Shown here one piece after another: positions 44,797 to 54,843 of a stretch of DNA of 64,000 bases. Below the pieces are notes generated by a model, which saw nothing but the letters and a program-made list of their open reading frames with translations, was not told the DNA's origin and ran no database searches. The position numbers and the translations under genes are program-made. How positions within the stretch are numbered: position 1 is the stretch's first letter; each line of letters opens with the position of its first letter. Source of the stretch: Epithemia pelagica (lineage: Eukaryota > Protista > Bacillariophyta); NCBI GenBank assembly GCA_946965045.2, contig OX337237.1, positions 1,240,001 through 1,304,000 of the forward strand. The letters are read 5' to 3'.

Positions 44797-46338
44797 TCAC
44801 AACGCGGATGAGTACTGCAGTAACGTTTCCAGCGCTGCAACAACGTCAGTGTACAGATCAATCATATCCGCTTGGGCGAATCGGCCTCGAGCGTGTTCCT
44901 GGGACCGCCACCGATTATTCAAAACAATTACATCCTTTGGCACCCGTTTATTGCGTGCCTGAGTTGTTGATCCTCTTCGCAAGGAACGTCTGAAACTGTA
45001 AGTTCCAAGCGATTCCAATTCGTTGCCCAGCAAATCCTCTCGTTTCTTTTGGCACTGGACCAGTAGTTCGTGAAGCCACAAATCGAGTTGTTGGATTGTG
45101 GATGGACGCTCTCCTGTTGGTTTCATCCGGAATAGCGGGCCGTGGGTGATTTGCCTTCTCTCGTATGCTCTCATCAACCGAACTAACCATTTCCGATTTT
45201 GTATTCCAGATTTTGTTCTCTCGGCCAAAGGGATCTTGTGTTTTTGTCTTGCTATCATTCCCTTAAACCTTCCTTCGAGGGCAATTAAGACATGCGGACG
45301 GGTGGGATGGATGTGCCCTCGATTTGAAAGCTCACGCGTTTCGAACAGCCGTGCGTGTCCCAATTCCTCCCCACGCAAAGCACTAGAGAACCCAATCATC
45401 AATGCCGCACCGACGTTGGCTATATCGAATACTTGTTTTTCGTCTTGACACTGTTCAGCTTCTTGATAGCGTCGTTCCAAAACTTCTCCAAGTGCCATGA
45501 GTACATCGACAGACATTGCCGCATCCTGTATTTTGACATCGCCCATTCTTTCATGGGATCCGTCCATGAAACGCTTGAACCAAAGGGTGTTGGAGACGCT
45601 GTCTGTTACCCTGGTCGATTTTCTGCCGTCACTTAACACCGCTCCATTCGATCCTGATGGAGTCGAGTGCACAAAGTTGGAGAAGGCTGACCGTATGCCT
45701 CTCATCGTGTCCCACTGGATAGTCCTGGAGTTTTTCCCTTTGTCTAACGAGCGTTGAAGGGAAACCATAGCTGGGATCATTCCGAGAGTGTCTTCGAGTG
45801 GGTACGGTCCTCTTCGATGCTTTGGAGCTGGTGATGAAATCCGGAGACCAGCCAGTATTGTCATTGCCTTAGTCATCTCTCTCATATTTCCTTGCACCGT
45901 GCTTGACCTCCGAGCCCAAAAGGCATCCAGGTAAGCTCTTATCATGCACTTTAACGCCCAAGCGTCGTGCTCATCCTTCACATCTGGATCTCTCTTGTAA
46001 ATATTCCTAAAATGACATAGCTCACACTGAAACGGCGTCATAAGATGGTCTCCGGCTCTTGCAGTAGTGAACCATGCCTTGAGATCTCGCTTTTCTGTTT
46101 CTGTAGTCTCCCATCCCGGCTCCTCGAGTACGTGATTGCCAAACTCGTCCTCCTCCAGTTGTAGGGGTTGGAGATCTCTAGGGAAGGGGTCTATCGTTCC
46201 TGGCACCACATAGCAGTGAGGATGATACGCCCCCCGGCATGGTTTCCAATGCCCGCGAGCGTATCCAAAATTGGCACAGATAATCCCGTGCGTGTGCGAT
46301 AGACTTCCGGTGCATCTGACGCAGCACATCTCCCTCAT
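44797..46338 (-). CDS. Tyrosine recombinase of the YR retrotransposon, with an N-terminal Cys/His-rich region
   Basis: Contains ARAGDHLMTPFQCELCHFRNI, the catalytic R in SALRGEE, K in GRFKG, FRRSLRRGSTTQA, LNNRWR and a catalytic Y in MIDLYTD. It overlaps the pol 3' end by 161 nt in another frame. Confidence 0.88.
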   Translation of the reverse strand: MREMCCVRCTGSLSHTHGIICANFGYARGHWKPCRGAYHPHCYVVPGTIDPFPRDLQPLQLEEDEFGNHVLEEPGWETTETEKRDLKAWFTTARAGDHLMTPFQCELCHFRNIYKRDPDVKDEHDAWALKCMIRAYLDAFWARRSSTVQGNMREMTKAMTILAGLRISSPAPKHRRGPYPLEDTLGMIPAMVSLQRSLDKGKNSRTIQWDTMRGIRSAFSNFVHSTPSGSNGAVLSDGRKSTRVTDSVSNTLWFKRFMDGSHERMGDVKIQDAAMSVDVLMALGEVLERRYQEAEQCQDEKQVFDIANVGAALMIGFSSALRGEELGHARLFETRELSNRGHIHPTRPHVLIALEGRFKGMIARQKHKIPLAERTKSGIQNRKWLVRLMRAYERRQITHGPLFRMKPTGERPSTIQQLDLWLHELLVQCQKKREDLLGNELESLGTYSFRRSLRRGSTTQARNKRVPKDVIVLNNRWRSQEHARGRFAQADMIDLYTDVVAALETLLQYSSAL

Positions 46339-49300
46339 ACTTGAGAATGTCCGAGAATTTAACTCGCCAAGGATTTCTGTTCAGCAAAGGAAAAGCGAAC
46401 GCTATAGTTAGAGGTTCATGTTCCGTATCTTTTGGCCAAAACTCATCACTGAACGGAAGAACACAAAACATGTCCACTGCTTTGCTCAACATTCTTCTCC
46501 ATCGTCCACTCAACAACGATGGGGTGAGAATCACATGTGTGTTCCAAGGGCGAACATGCCACGCCTCTGCCATCAAGAAGACAGCAACATCGGCCAAGCA
46601 GGGCGGTGGGATCCACACAAAGATTCCGTCTTGTTCTTGTGGTACGGTGAACCAATCCGTAGTGTTCAAGATCTTTATTTCATCCGTATTGTTGACAACT
46701 TGTCGAAGGAGCGCTGTCAAGACTCGGGGTTGCCTTTCTACGGCCGACTTGTGGAGCGGAACGAATCCCAACATGTCAGCCCCTCGCATAACTCCGTTTG
46801 TGAGGTCAGAGCGAGACAAGCCGTCGGTTCCTTGGGCGATCATCCTCTTGCCCGATACCCAAACAACATGCACAAAGGCTTTGCCAACCATAAGTATTTT
46901 GTGGAGACAAAACATAAGTCGTAAGACTTCTGGCGACTCGGCGGTGCCTCTGTAAAATGCGGATTCAGCATGCATGTTGTCCGTAAAAATGAAGACTTCG
47001 GCCAGAGAGTTGAGTCTTCCCTCACTCGCCATTTGTTCTACCTTCATCACAATATTCGCCAGTTTGCGAAAGTTGGATGATGACCCTTTCATTTTGTCCG
47101 GTTGCCAAGCCCCGAAATCGACTTCGACCTTCTCATCTCCTGGCGTCCATCCTGACATTCCGAAGCCAGCTCCCGAGGCGTCTCCGAAGAAATATCTGAC
47201 TTTGGCACCTTGCTTGTCTGGTCGTAGGGTTCGATGAGGAGGTTCTTCACTTTCGGTAAGTTGCTCCAACGCTTCTACGTCAAATTCCATTCGTGATACC
47301 ATTCTGACTCTTTCCGGTGCTTGGTCAGACGCTTCGCTCACTTCATTCAGCGTTTCTGATCCCACTTTCCAGCCGTCCTCATCTCGGTCCGGCCGCCAGC
47401 TGTTCATGCTGGCGTATACTCCGTTTAGGTAAATTCGTATAACCAAGTAAGCTCTGCCAACATGGTTGAGGAAACCTGCCACCTGTTCAAGTGTTTTGCG
47501 ACTGATCGTCCCTTTTGGTTTGGCTTGGTTTCTGTCATCAATCTCTTTTCGAAGACGAGCGATTTCTCGTTTAGTCTTGTCCCACTTTTCCTGTGACACA
47601 GCCATAAACGGTCTTCTAGGTGATGTACCACAGACTACTCCAGCCCAGGCTCCAGGACTCTGTGTTTGTTCTCGTCTCTTGCGAGCGGCATCTTGTACAC
47701 CATGATAAGCCGCGGTTTTTGCGATCTTAGAACTAACTTGCCATGCGTCTTCCGCTGTTGGTCCCGTCCCTCGTAGATCATCTACATAGTCGTGTGCATC
47801 GGCCGCCAGTTCGCCTGAGGACCTATATTTAGCTATCCACGGAATTCCTGGTTGATAGGTCCGTGTTCCGGGTAGGTTTGTTATCACACGACTCCATCGA
47901 AACACGTTTTCAGGGTCATCGGGTTTTCCCAGCATAACGCGCTTTAGTCGCCGCGTTTGTTGTACAGTGTTGAAGGGTGAAGGACTTTGTCCCATGGGAC
48001 ATCGTGCCCATCCTTCCACAAATAATTCCCCCGAATCCGTTTTACCATAGATCGGGGTCAGATCCATCCCACTGAAAGCTTGAAGATCCGGATGGATCCA
48101 GAAATTTAAAAACATTTCCCCGTAATCGTTGTCGACGCACCAGTAAGCGTCGTCCAACGTTCTTGTGAGAACATCCGCATCGGGCAGAGGAAACCATGGT
48201 GCATGAAGACATGAATTCAATCCACTCTTGGTTCCATTGTAAACCATCCGAATGTCGGTCTCCCCCTTTGGTACGGCAAAGTAGTTCATTGTCGCCTTCC
48301 ATTCGCCTGGTCCGACGTATTGCTTGATTCTCACATCTTCTATCTTTTCCTTGATCTTGGAGATTGTTTCTTCGTCGCCTAAGCCTTGTTGCCGCTCGAT
48401 AAGAGGACGGGGGATGTTTGTCCAAAGGGGAGGCACTCCAATGGCCAAATCTCGCATATATTCTTCGGGCCATCGCCAGAAAAAGACTCCTGAGCCCATC
48501 GGCCATCCCCAAAACGTCGCCTTCATCGCCTGCTGACACGCCTGAATGCCTCGATCGTACACAAGACGCCACCAGCGAGGTTCATTAATTTTTATTACAG
48601 ATTCATATTTAACCCACCAATCAAACCATGATCGGCAAACATTTCGCTTCCAGCGAGTTAACATGACGGTACGCATCAGTGCAAATGCTCGTCGATGAGA
48701 GTCTTCTAACTGTTCACAATTCAACAAGAATCTCACTCGATCGTCCCACAATTCGACAGGTACCGCTGCCTTGTCATGTTTTACAGCTTTCTCCGTGTTG
48801 GTGTCCACTGCCGATTGCTTGTTGCGCTCATATCCCTTCATGCGCTTGAGTCCAGAATTGCCGTGGTCCTCTCTTTCCTTTTCGACCGTTCCCGTGTCGG
48901 TCTTACAACTTTTCCTCATGCCCGACGGTTCTTCACTGTCGAGTTTTTGGATTTCCTCGGCCTTTCGTTTATGAGTTGATCTCGTCCATTCGGCCAGACA
49001 CGTTCCGATCGTTGCTGCAGCCTTGATGGGGGCTGTCAATTCACGGACCATGACTTCCTTGGTGGATTCATTCCAACCTTTTGATAGAGTCGCCGGTATA
49101 TCCAAGCAAGCGACCACTTCTGACACTGTTAAGGATCGGTACGTGAACGCTCTTGGGCCATACACTGTTGGAAGAGTCCACAGTTTTCTTCGTTTCATTC
49201 GAACTTCGTTCCAACTGACTTGTTGTTGTCCTTCTGCTTTCGCTTCTTCACGCGCACAGCGGCTGCGCTTTCCTGTCTTGGTTTTATCCAACAAATCATG

Positions 49301-49945
49301 AAAGGAGCTGTCGGCTCCCTGCAAAAGATCATCGATCCAAAATTCGCCCGTCGTAAACTTCTTGGAGTCGATTCTTGTCCAAGCATGCACTCGGCCCTTC
49401 CAGTCAGTCACGCCCCCCAATTCCTTGTGATCCAACACTCGACTTGAAACTTTCCACCCTTGAGGAGGCTTCCCTCGTGGTGAACGGTTCGATAGCACTA
49501 CTTGCAAATCCTCGTGCCAGAACAGAGGGTCTGATCTGGGTGGTCGGAATGGTCCTTCAAACACAACAACATGACTCCTTGGGTAAAGGCTCCAATCGAA
49601 ATTGTTTACGGCTTCCGACGTAATTGAGTCCTCGAGAGGGGGCATCCAATACACTTCAGTGTGTGGGCCGACCAGGTTCTCCCAATGACTTTGATTCTTC
49701 GGCAGCAACAGCCAATCCAGTGTACAATTCGATAAGTTGCTGGTCAACGTTAACCACGCAGGTATTCCGTTCGACACTATACCCATTTTCAATTCGCCGT
49801 CTTGAAGAGGAACAGTTCGTCGAAACCAAGACGAATACGATTCGGTGACAGGAGTTGCTATTTCAAATTTTTCTACAATCGTTGGGGATTTCTCGAGATC
49901 CCTTGCCTCGTCCTCTTTTCCCTGTCTTTCCGACCCACCAATCAA
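46178..49945 (-). CDS. Pol of the YR retrotransposon: reverse transcriptase + RNase H + C-terminal DIRS MT-like region, with an N-terminal possible C5-methyltransferase relic
   Basis: RT motifs FAVPKGETDIRMVYNG, DNDYGEMFLNF, RCPMGQSPSP and YVDDLRG. RNase H motifs FFGDASG, SSNFRKLAN, FTDN and GTDGLSR. C-terminal VWIPPP..HVILTPSL...WRRML. First ATG is 49786. Confidence 0.92.
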   Translation of the reverse strand: MIGGSERQGKEDEARDLEKSPTIVEKFEIATPVTESYSSWFRRTVPLQDGELKMGIVSNGIPAWLTLTSNLSNCTLDWLLLPKNQSHWENLVGPHTEVYWMPPLEDSITSEAVNNFDWSLYPRSHVVVFEGPFRPPRSDPLFWHEDLQVVLSNRSPRGKPPQGWKVSSRVLDHKELGGVTDWKGRVHAWTRIDSKKFTTGEFWIDDLLQGADSSFHDLLDKTKTGKRSRCAREEAKAEGQQQVSWNEVRMKRRKLWTLPTVYGPRAFTYRSLTVSEVVACLDIPATLSKGWNESTKEVMVRELTAPIKAAATIGTCLAEWTRSTHKRKAEEIQKLDSEEPSGMRKSCKTDTGTVEKEREDHGNSGLKRMKGYERNKQSAVDTNTEKAVKHDKAAVPVELWDDRVRFLLNCEQLEDSHRRAFALMRTVMLTRWKRNVCRSWFDWWVKYESVIKINEPRWWRLVYDRGIQACQQAMKATFWGWPMGSGVFFWRWPEEYMRDLAIGVPPLWTNIPRPLIERQQGLGDEETISKIKEKIEDVRIKQYVGPGEWKATMNYFAVPKGETDIRMVYNGTKSGLNSCLHAPWFPLPDADVLTRTLDDAYWCVDNDYGEMFLNFWIHPDLQAFSGMDLTPIYGKTDSGELFVEGWARCPMGQSPSPFNTVQQTRRLKRVMLGKPDDPENVFRWSRVITNLPGTRTYQPGIPWIAKYRSSGELAADAHDYVDDLRGTGPTAEDAWQVSSKIAKTAAYHGVQDAARKRREQTQSPGAWAGVVCGTSPRRPFMAVSQEKWDKTKREIARLRKEIDDRNQAKPKGTISRKTLEQVAGFLNHVGRAYLVIRIYLNGVYASMNSWRPDRDEDGWKVGSETLNEVSEASDQAPERVRMVSRMEFDVEALEQLTESEEPPHRTLRPDKQGAKVRYFFGDASGAGFGMSGWTPGDEKVEVDFGAWQPDKMKGSSSNFRKLANIVMKVEQMASEGRLNSLAEVFIFTDNMHAESAFYRGTAESPEVLRLMFCLHKILMVGKAFVHVVWVSGKRMIAQGTDGLSRSDLTNGVMRGADMLGFVPLHKSAVERQPRVLTALLRQVVNNTDEIKILNTTDWFTVPQEQDGIFVWIPPPCLADVAVFLMAEAWHVRPWNTHVILTPSLLSGRWRRMLSKAVDMFCVLPFSDEFWPKDTEHEPLTIAFAFPLLNRNPWRVKFSDILKYEGDVLRQMHRKSIAHARDYLCQFWIRSRALETMPGGVSSSLLCGARNDRPLP

Positions 49946-52737
49946 TCATTCTTCCTTGGGGGTATTGTTGCTCTTGGCTTTCTTGGACGGAAGGCGGGCT
50001 TGAATGTTTTTGACCTGGCTCTCCACCGCGTCGACCTTTCTCTTCGCTTGCTGTGCGTCGGACAGAGCTTTCTTTACATCATCCACGATGGGGTTCACGT
50101 CGTCGTGAAAACTAACAACATCCAACAAAAAATGTGTCAGCATGGGGCCGACCTTGGGATGATTTTTGAACTGGTGTTCAACAAACTCCTTCTGCAAGCG
50201 ATGCGCTTGCAAGGTCGCCCACAACAAATCTGGGGCACGTTCTCGCGTCGTTGCCTGGTTGATGGTTATCTCGCTGCAAGCGCGTCGGGGCATACTGATG
50301 ACCTCGAAAACGATGCGCGTAATATTTTGCACGAGATCCCAACGTCTTGTTTCGGAAAGGTTTGTATCAGAACCATAATCCTCCACTTGGTCCTTCATGT
50401 AGATGAAGAGTGTGTCAAGGAAACTCTTCGCGTCCGAAAGCAAGTATCGAGCTATCACCTTGGCATCTCGGGACATTGACGAAGTCTCGATCTCGGACAT
50501 GAGGGCCGGGTATTTGTCAGCAATCATTTTCCTGATGGCGTTCGCTGTTCCAGAATCTCTTGACCCAGAGCCTTTGAATTTTTCGTAAGTTTCTACCTAG
50601 CTGAGTTTCCTTGGGCTCGCTCTCGCTTGGTCAGGAGTCCCAGCTAGAGCTGTGGGAGCAACCAACTGAAACGAGTACACTGCCTTCTGATCGCTCGCTC
50701 GCTCCATATTGGAGCGTTGACCGCGATAGTGTACATCCACATTCTCTGAAAAACTTTGGGATGCAGTCGTACACATTTCCATGAGGGCCATGGCGTCAAC
50801 GAATTTCAACGCCTCCGTCGTCACGCCGTTGGATGAAACAAACGCTGAAACATGCGACAGAGAGGTGAACTTGAAGCCTTCCACTTCAACTGTTTGACTT
50901 TCCGTCCTAGCTTCCAGGTCCTGAATGCGCAAACGGTTCTTCTGCGACTCCTCTTCCAACTTGCTAACCAATTTACGGATCTCAATCACCTCGTCCTGAG
51001 AGAGATTGAAAAGAGACGTCTGGCCACCCATGCTTCCCGCAGCTTGAGCTGCCGCGGCCGTTGTACTTCTGATGTGGTGTTCAAAGTCCGTCAGGCCGCC
51101 CTTGAGGAAAAACTTTTCCGCGACCTTGAGTGTTGGAGACGCTTTCGACAACTCAGCCCAAATGGCTTTGTTGACCTGTTCGGTAATCAACGCGACAAAT
51201 TCCTTCCGCGACAAATGTAATGCTTCGTTCTTCATCGAATGGAGATGTGTCTTCAAGGCATCGATTGATGCATACATTCCCTTGAAACTTTCTCCGTGGA
51301 GGGCTTGGGTTTCCTGAACGGCTTGAAGGAGAGCCGGATGAATCTTTTTCTCCTCCTGTGCCTGTCGCCACTCACCGATTGCTTGCCACACTGTTGTAGC
51401 ATCCAAATCGTCGGGCGGGGCACCCAACAATCCACTGAGTACATTCACCTTGTCTACGAGCACGTTGATGAGCTGATTCTGTTCAACTTGACGGATACGC
51501 ATCGCCGACAACTCTGCCGCCGTGGCTCGATGGACCTGCGCCGTGGCGACCGTATTCTGAGTTACCTTCTGTTTGAATGTCACATCATCCAGCTCCTCCC
51601 CCAGATCTTCCAATTCGCTTTCTTCGATGGGAGACGGCACTTCTACTGCTTCCAACTCAAGCCGCTTCGCAGGAGTAAAGGCCAGGAGTAAAGGCCGTAA
51701 ACGTGGCGTCCTGCTGGATCTCGTCGAGCGTCTTATGCTTCAACGGTGTTGCGGGACCAGAACTCAACAACGTGGTGTCTTGGCCTTGGGTGTCACCGCT
51801 CAGCATGGCGGACATTGATGACCAAAGCCAAACCGGTTTGAGAGCGCGGGTCATCTCCTGAAGCTTCGACTTGGGGAGCTTGGTGGCATCCAAGAAGGGA
51901 TCTTGGAACGCCAACACAGGAGCGGAGGAAGTAGCGCCAGTTTTAGGAGTGGGCACGCGAATGAACACACACTGTTGAAGCCCTTGCTCGCGCAGGCCAC
52001 CAGTGAAAGAGACAGCTTTACGATGGGACTTGATGCTGCATCGTCCTTTTGTCTGAATACAAAACTTTCCAGCCACCCCAACGACCGCACCGCAGACCGA
52101 CTCGTTCACCAAATCCAACACAACAAGAGACACAGAATTCTGTAAATCGTTAGTAACACTATTAGATGGCTCACCATTGGTAGTAGAAGATTTCGCATCT
52201 TCTTGAAACTTCACGCGTCCACTTGCTGACGGAGCATCATACTCCACGAACTGAGAAGTGTCGCGAGCGACCGGTTCATGTGTATCCAAAATGGCAGGCT
52301 TGAACACACGTGCCTCGGGCTTGGACCAATCGCGACGCGAAGCGACATTACCACTTGTTGTTTCCGCAGCAAACGCAGACTGCGAGCGAGACTCGGCATT
52401 CAACGTGGCAGTCATGAGATCGGACTCGGTGAGGCCATCGAGCGAAAAGGATTCGCGAACGGCCGTGGGATCGGTGTTCGTGTCCGCGAGGAACTGATCA
52501 CCAAACGAACGCACGGACGGCACCAGGAACCGCGGCGAAGCCGCAAGCGATAACACCAGGATCCCGCGAGGCCGAAACACCCACCCCCAAGCCGAAATCC
52601 GAGAACGCCGAAGCTAAGTCAGGAGGACCAGCAGGCGGAGCGGGAGGCGGACCAGACACCGGAGAGTCACGCGAACGAGACGAGACGCGAGGATCGCGAT
52701 AAAGCGAGGCACGAGCGGAAAAACCAGAAGACGACAT
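49946..52737 (-). pseudogene. gag-like ORF1 of the YR retrotransposon, broken by two frameshifts and one premature stop
   Basis: ATG 52737 (MSSSGFSAR), a frameshift near 52580, a C-x8-C-x5-C-x4-H motif (CGAVVGVAGKFCIQTKGRCSIKSH), a 13-bp tandem duplication at 51671-51696, an in-frame TAG at 50597-50599, and a C-terminal W.TLQAH..F..HP. Confidence 0.75.
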
Positions 52738-53439
52738 GGGGGCGATGGCAGGGTGTAACAGCAAAAACAAAACAGATGATCGTCAGACAAGAGATACAAT
52801 ACCTGCAAGGTAAAGCACCTTTGATCAACAATCAACCTGAAAGACAGTGACTCGATCGATCTCACTCCCAACCACAACTCTAGATCTTCATCATTCATTA
52901 CTTCAAGATGACCAGAATCGCGTTGGGCGTGATATTCTTCTTTTCATTATACGTCAGTCGATGCGTGCGTCATTTCATTTTCTTCATATCAATCGCCATA
53001 TTAGCTGGGGCACATGTAGGTACTCGTACTCGATTACAGATCCCAGTCAGGGTTACTCGGTATTTTGTCCATAATAGTGTGAAATAGATCCCTGGGCAAT
53101 AGTAGGTGTCCAACTAAGTTTTGGTCTTGGACATCCGTTGTCCTCCTATGTAGATTTCATCTCTTATTAAGTGATACACTCGGACATGATCCACAATAGC
53201 CCTGTATGTATTCATCATGTGTCACATAATGTACTGCCCTTTTATGATTATTAAACTGACTTATGTGTCACAACACTCACAATAGCATGATAAGTACTTC
53301 CTCCACAGACACTGTGTGCCATTGGTCCGTTGGAGATCTCAATAGACTCTCTAGCGCTCTCACTCTCTTAAAGTTTGCAGTATTGTAAATGAGGAGAGCA
53401 TAGAGAACGCTAGCAACTAGAATACAACTGACCATTGAA

Positions 53440-54583
53440 TCGGACAACGGACAATAGGACACGGACAACGAGCAATAGGACACGGACAACGAACAATAGG
53501 ACACGGACATGGGACAATAGGACACGGACATGGGACAATAGGACACGGACAAGGGACAATTAGGACACGGACAAGGGACAATAGGACATGGACCATGGAC
53601 TTGGGCCGGCACTACTAACCACCAAAGTCAACCACCACGATGATGTTGACACTAATGAGGTGCAAAACAACAATCAAACTTTCCCACCCATGCGTGTGGA
53701 ATTGTTTAAGACAGGGATGAAGTCATTTGGACAATGAATCGGACAATCGGACAACCAATCGGACACTCAGACAGCCTCCATATGAAACAACATCACTCAC
53801 CAGGAAAGCCAGACAACAATCAAACATCGAGTGGGTGAATGCAACAATGAATCTGTTTTGTTCAATGGGTGGATGGGGCTTCACCAGACAATATCTTTGC
53901 TCATGGCTGGTCATGCAATGAACTCAAATTTTTGTCAACTTCGCTCGTTTTCCCCCTTCCGAAGTCGAACTCAAATCATATCATCATATGGTAACAGAAC
54001 AAACACACCTATATAATCTCTTCTAATAATATGATAGTTGTCTGATTTTTGCTCGTCAATAATCTTGTTGTACAGTGCTTGGTTTGCATGATCCGACTGT
54101 GATTGTCTGTATTCCACTTGTCCGATTCAATGTCCACTTCTTTTTCTGACTGTCCTATTCACCAACCTACTCGTGCCCAAACCCTCCCCATCCCCCCATA
54201 ATACAATATAGTTGGATTGTTACATTCACCCACTCGATGTTTGATTGTCGTCTGGCTTTCTTGGTGAGTCATGTGGAGGTTGTCCGATTGTCCGATTGTC
54301 CGATTCGTTGTCCGATTGTCCGATTCATTTTCCTATTGTCTTCTTCCCTGTCTTAAACAATTCCACACGCATGGGTGGGAAAGTTTGATTGTTGTTTTGC
54401 GCCCCATTAGTGTCAACACCATCGTGGTGGTTGACTTTGGTGGTTAGTAGTGCCGGCCCAAGTCCATGGTCCATGTCCTGTTGTCCCTTGTCCATGTCCT
54501 ATTGTCCCTTGTCCGTGTCCTAATTGTCCCTTGTCCGTGTCCTATTGTCCCATGTCCGTGTCCTATTGTCCCATGTCCGTGTC
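53440..54583. mobile_element. Foldback-like element: ~380-400-bp inverted arms with 21-bp tandem subrepeats around a ~307-bp spacer
   Basis: Arm 53500-53878 is the reverse complement of 54186-54583, near-identical in the outer part. The unit is GGACAATAGGACACGGACA(A/T)G, plus inner (AATCGGAC)n. The left arm extends ~60 bp further than the right. Confidence 0.88.
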
Positions 54584-54843
54584 ATGTTCGAGTCAACTCC
54601 TCTGGATGATTGCATAAATCCATAATGGTATCATTCTTCATTTCGGCACACTGCGACTTACGGATGGTGGGGTTCGCGCCGTTCTCGGCTTGGTTTGCGA
54701 ATTTATTTTCCTTCCATGCTTTCAACACTTTAACATTGTTTCTGCTATAAGAGTTTTCAAAAGGATCACTTCGAAACACGAATAAATTCCAGGGTTTTCA
54801 TGTTCGAGTCAACCTCTCTGGATGATTACATCAATCCACAATT
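54583..54843. repeat. ~45-bp imperfect direct repeat (54583 and 54799, spacing 216 bp)
   Basis: CATGTTCGAGTCAACTCCTCTGGATGATTGCATAAATCCATAAT versus CATGTTCGAGTCAACCTCTCTGGATGATTACATCAATCCACAAT. Confidence 0.85.

Larger units (their letters stand above)
44310..52925 (-). mobile_element. Tyrosine-recombinase (DIRS-like) retrotransposon: gag-like, pol (RT-RNase H-MT-like), YR. Termini are approximate.
   Basis: Ordered minus-strand ORFs gag, pol and an overlapping YR, with no integrase or protease. A G-run (plus-strand C-run, 44744-44755) lies just downstream of the YR stop. Confidence 0.9.

Noticed and set aside
53440-53600. 21-bp repeats as a CRISPR array, and the Cys-rich ORF 53277-53612
   Set aside because: The repeats are directly tandem with no unique spacers, no cas genes are present and the context is eukaryotic. 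The ORF is a shadow translation of the repeat.
54582-54779. NNVKVLKAWKEN resembles the Helitron Rep NNYN..LL.AW.AN motif
   Set aside because: A single short motif with no other Rep or helicase motifs.
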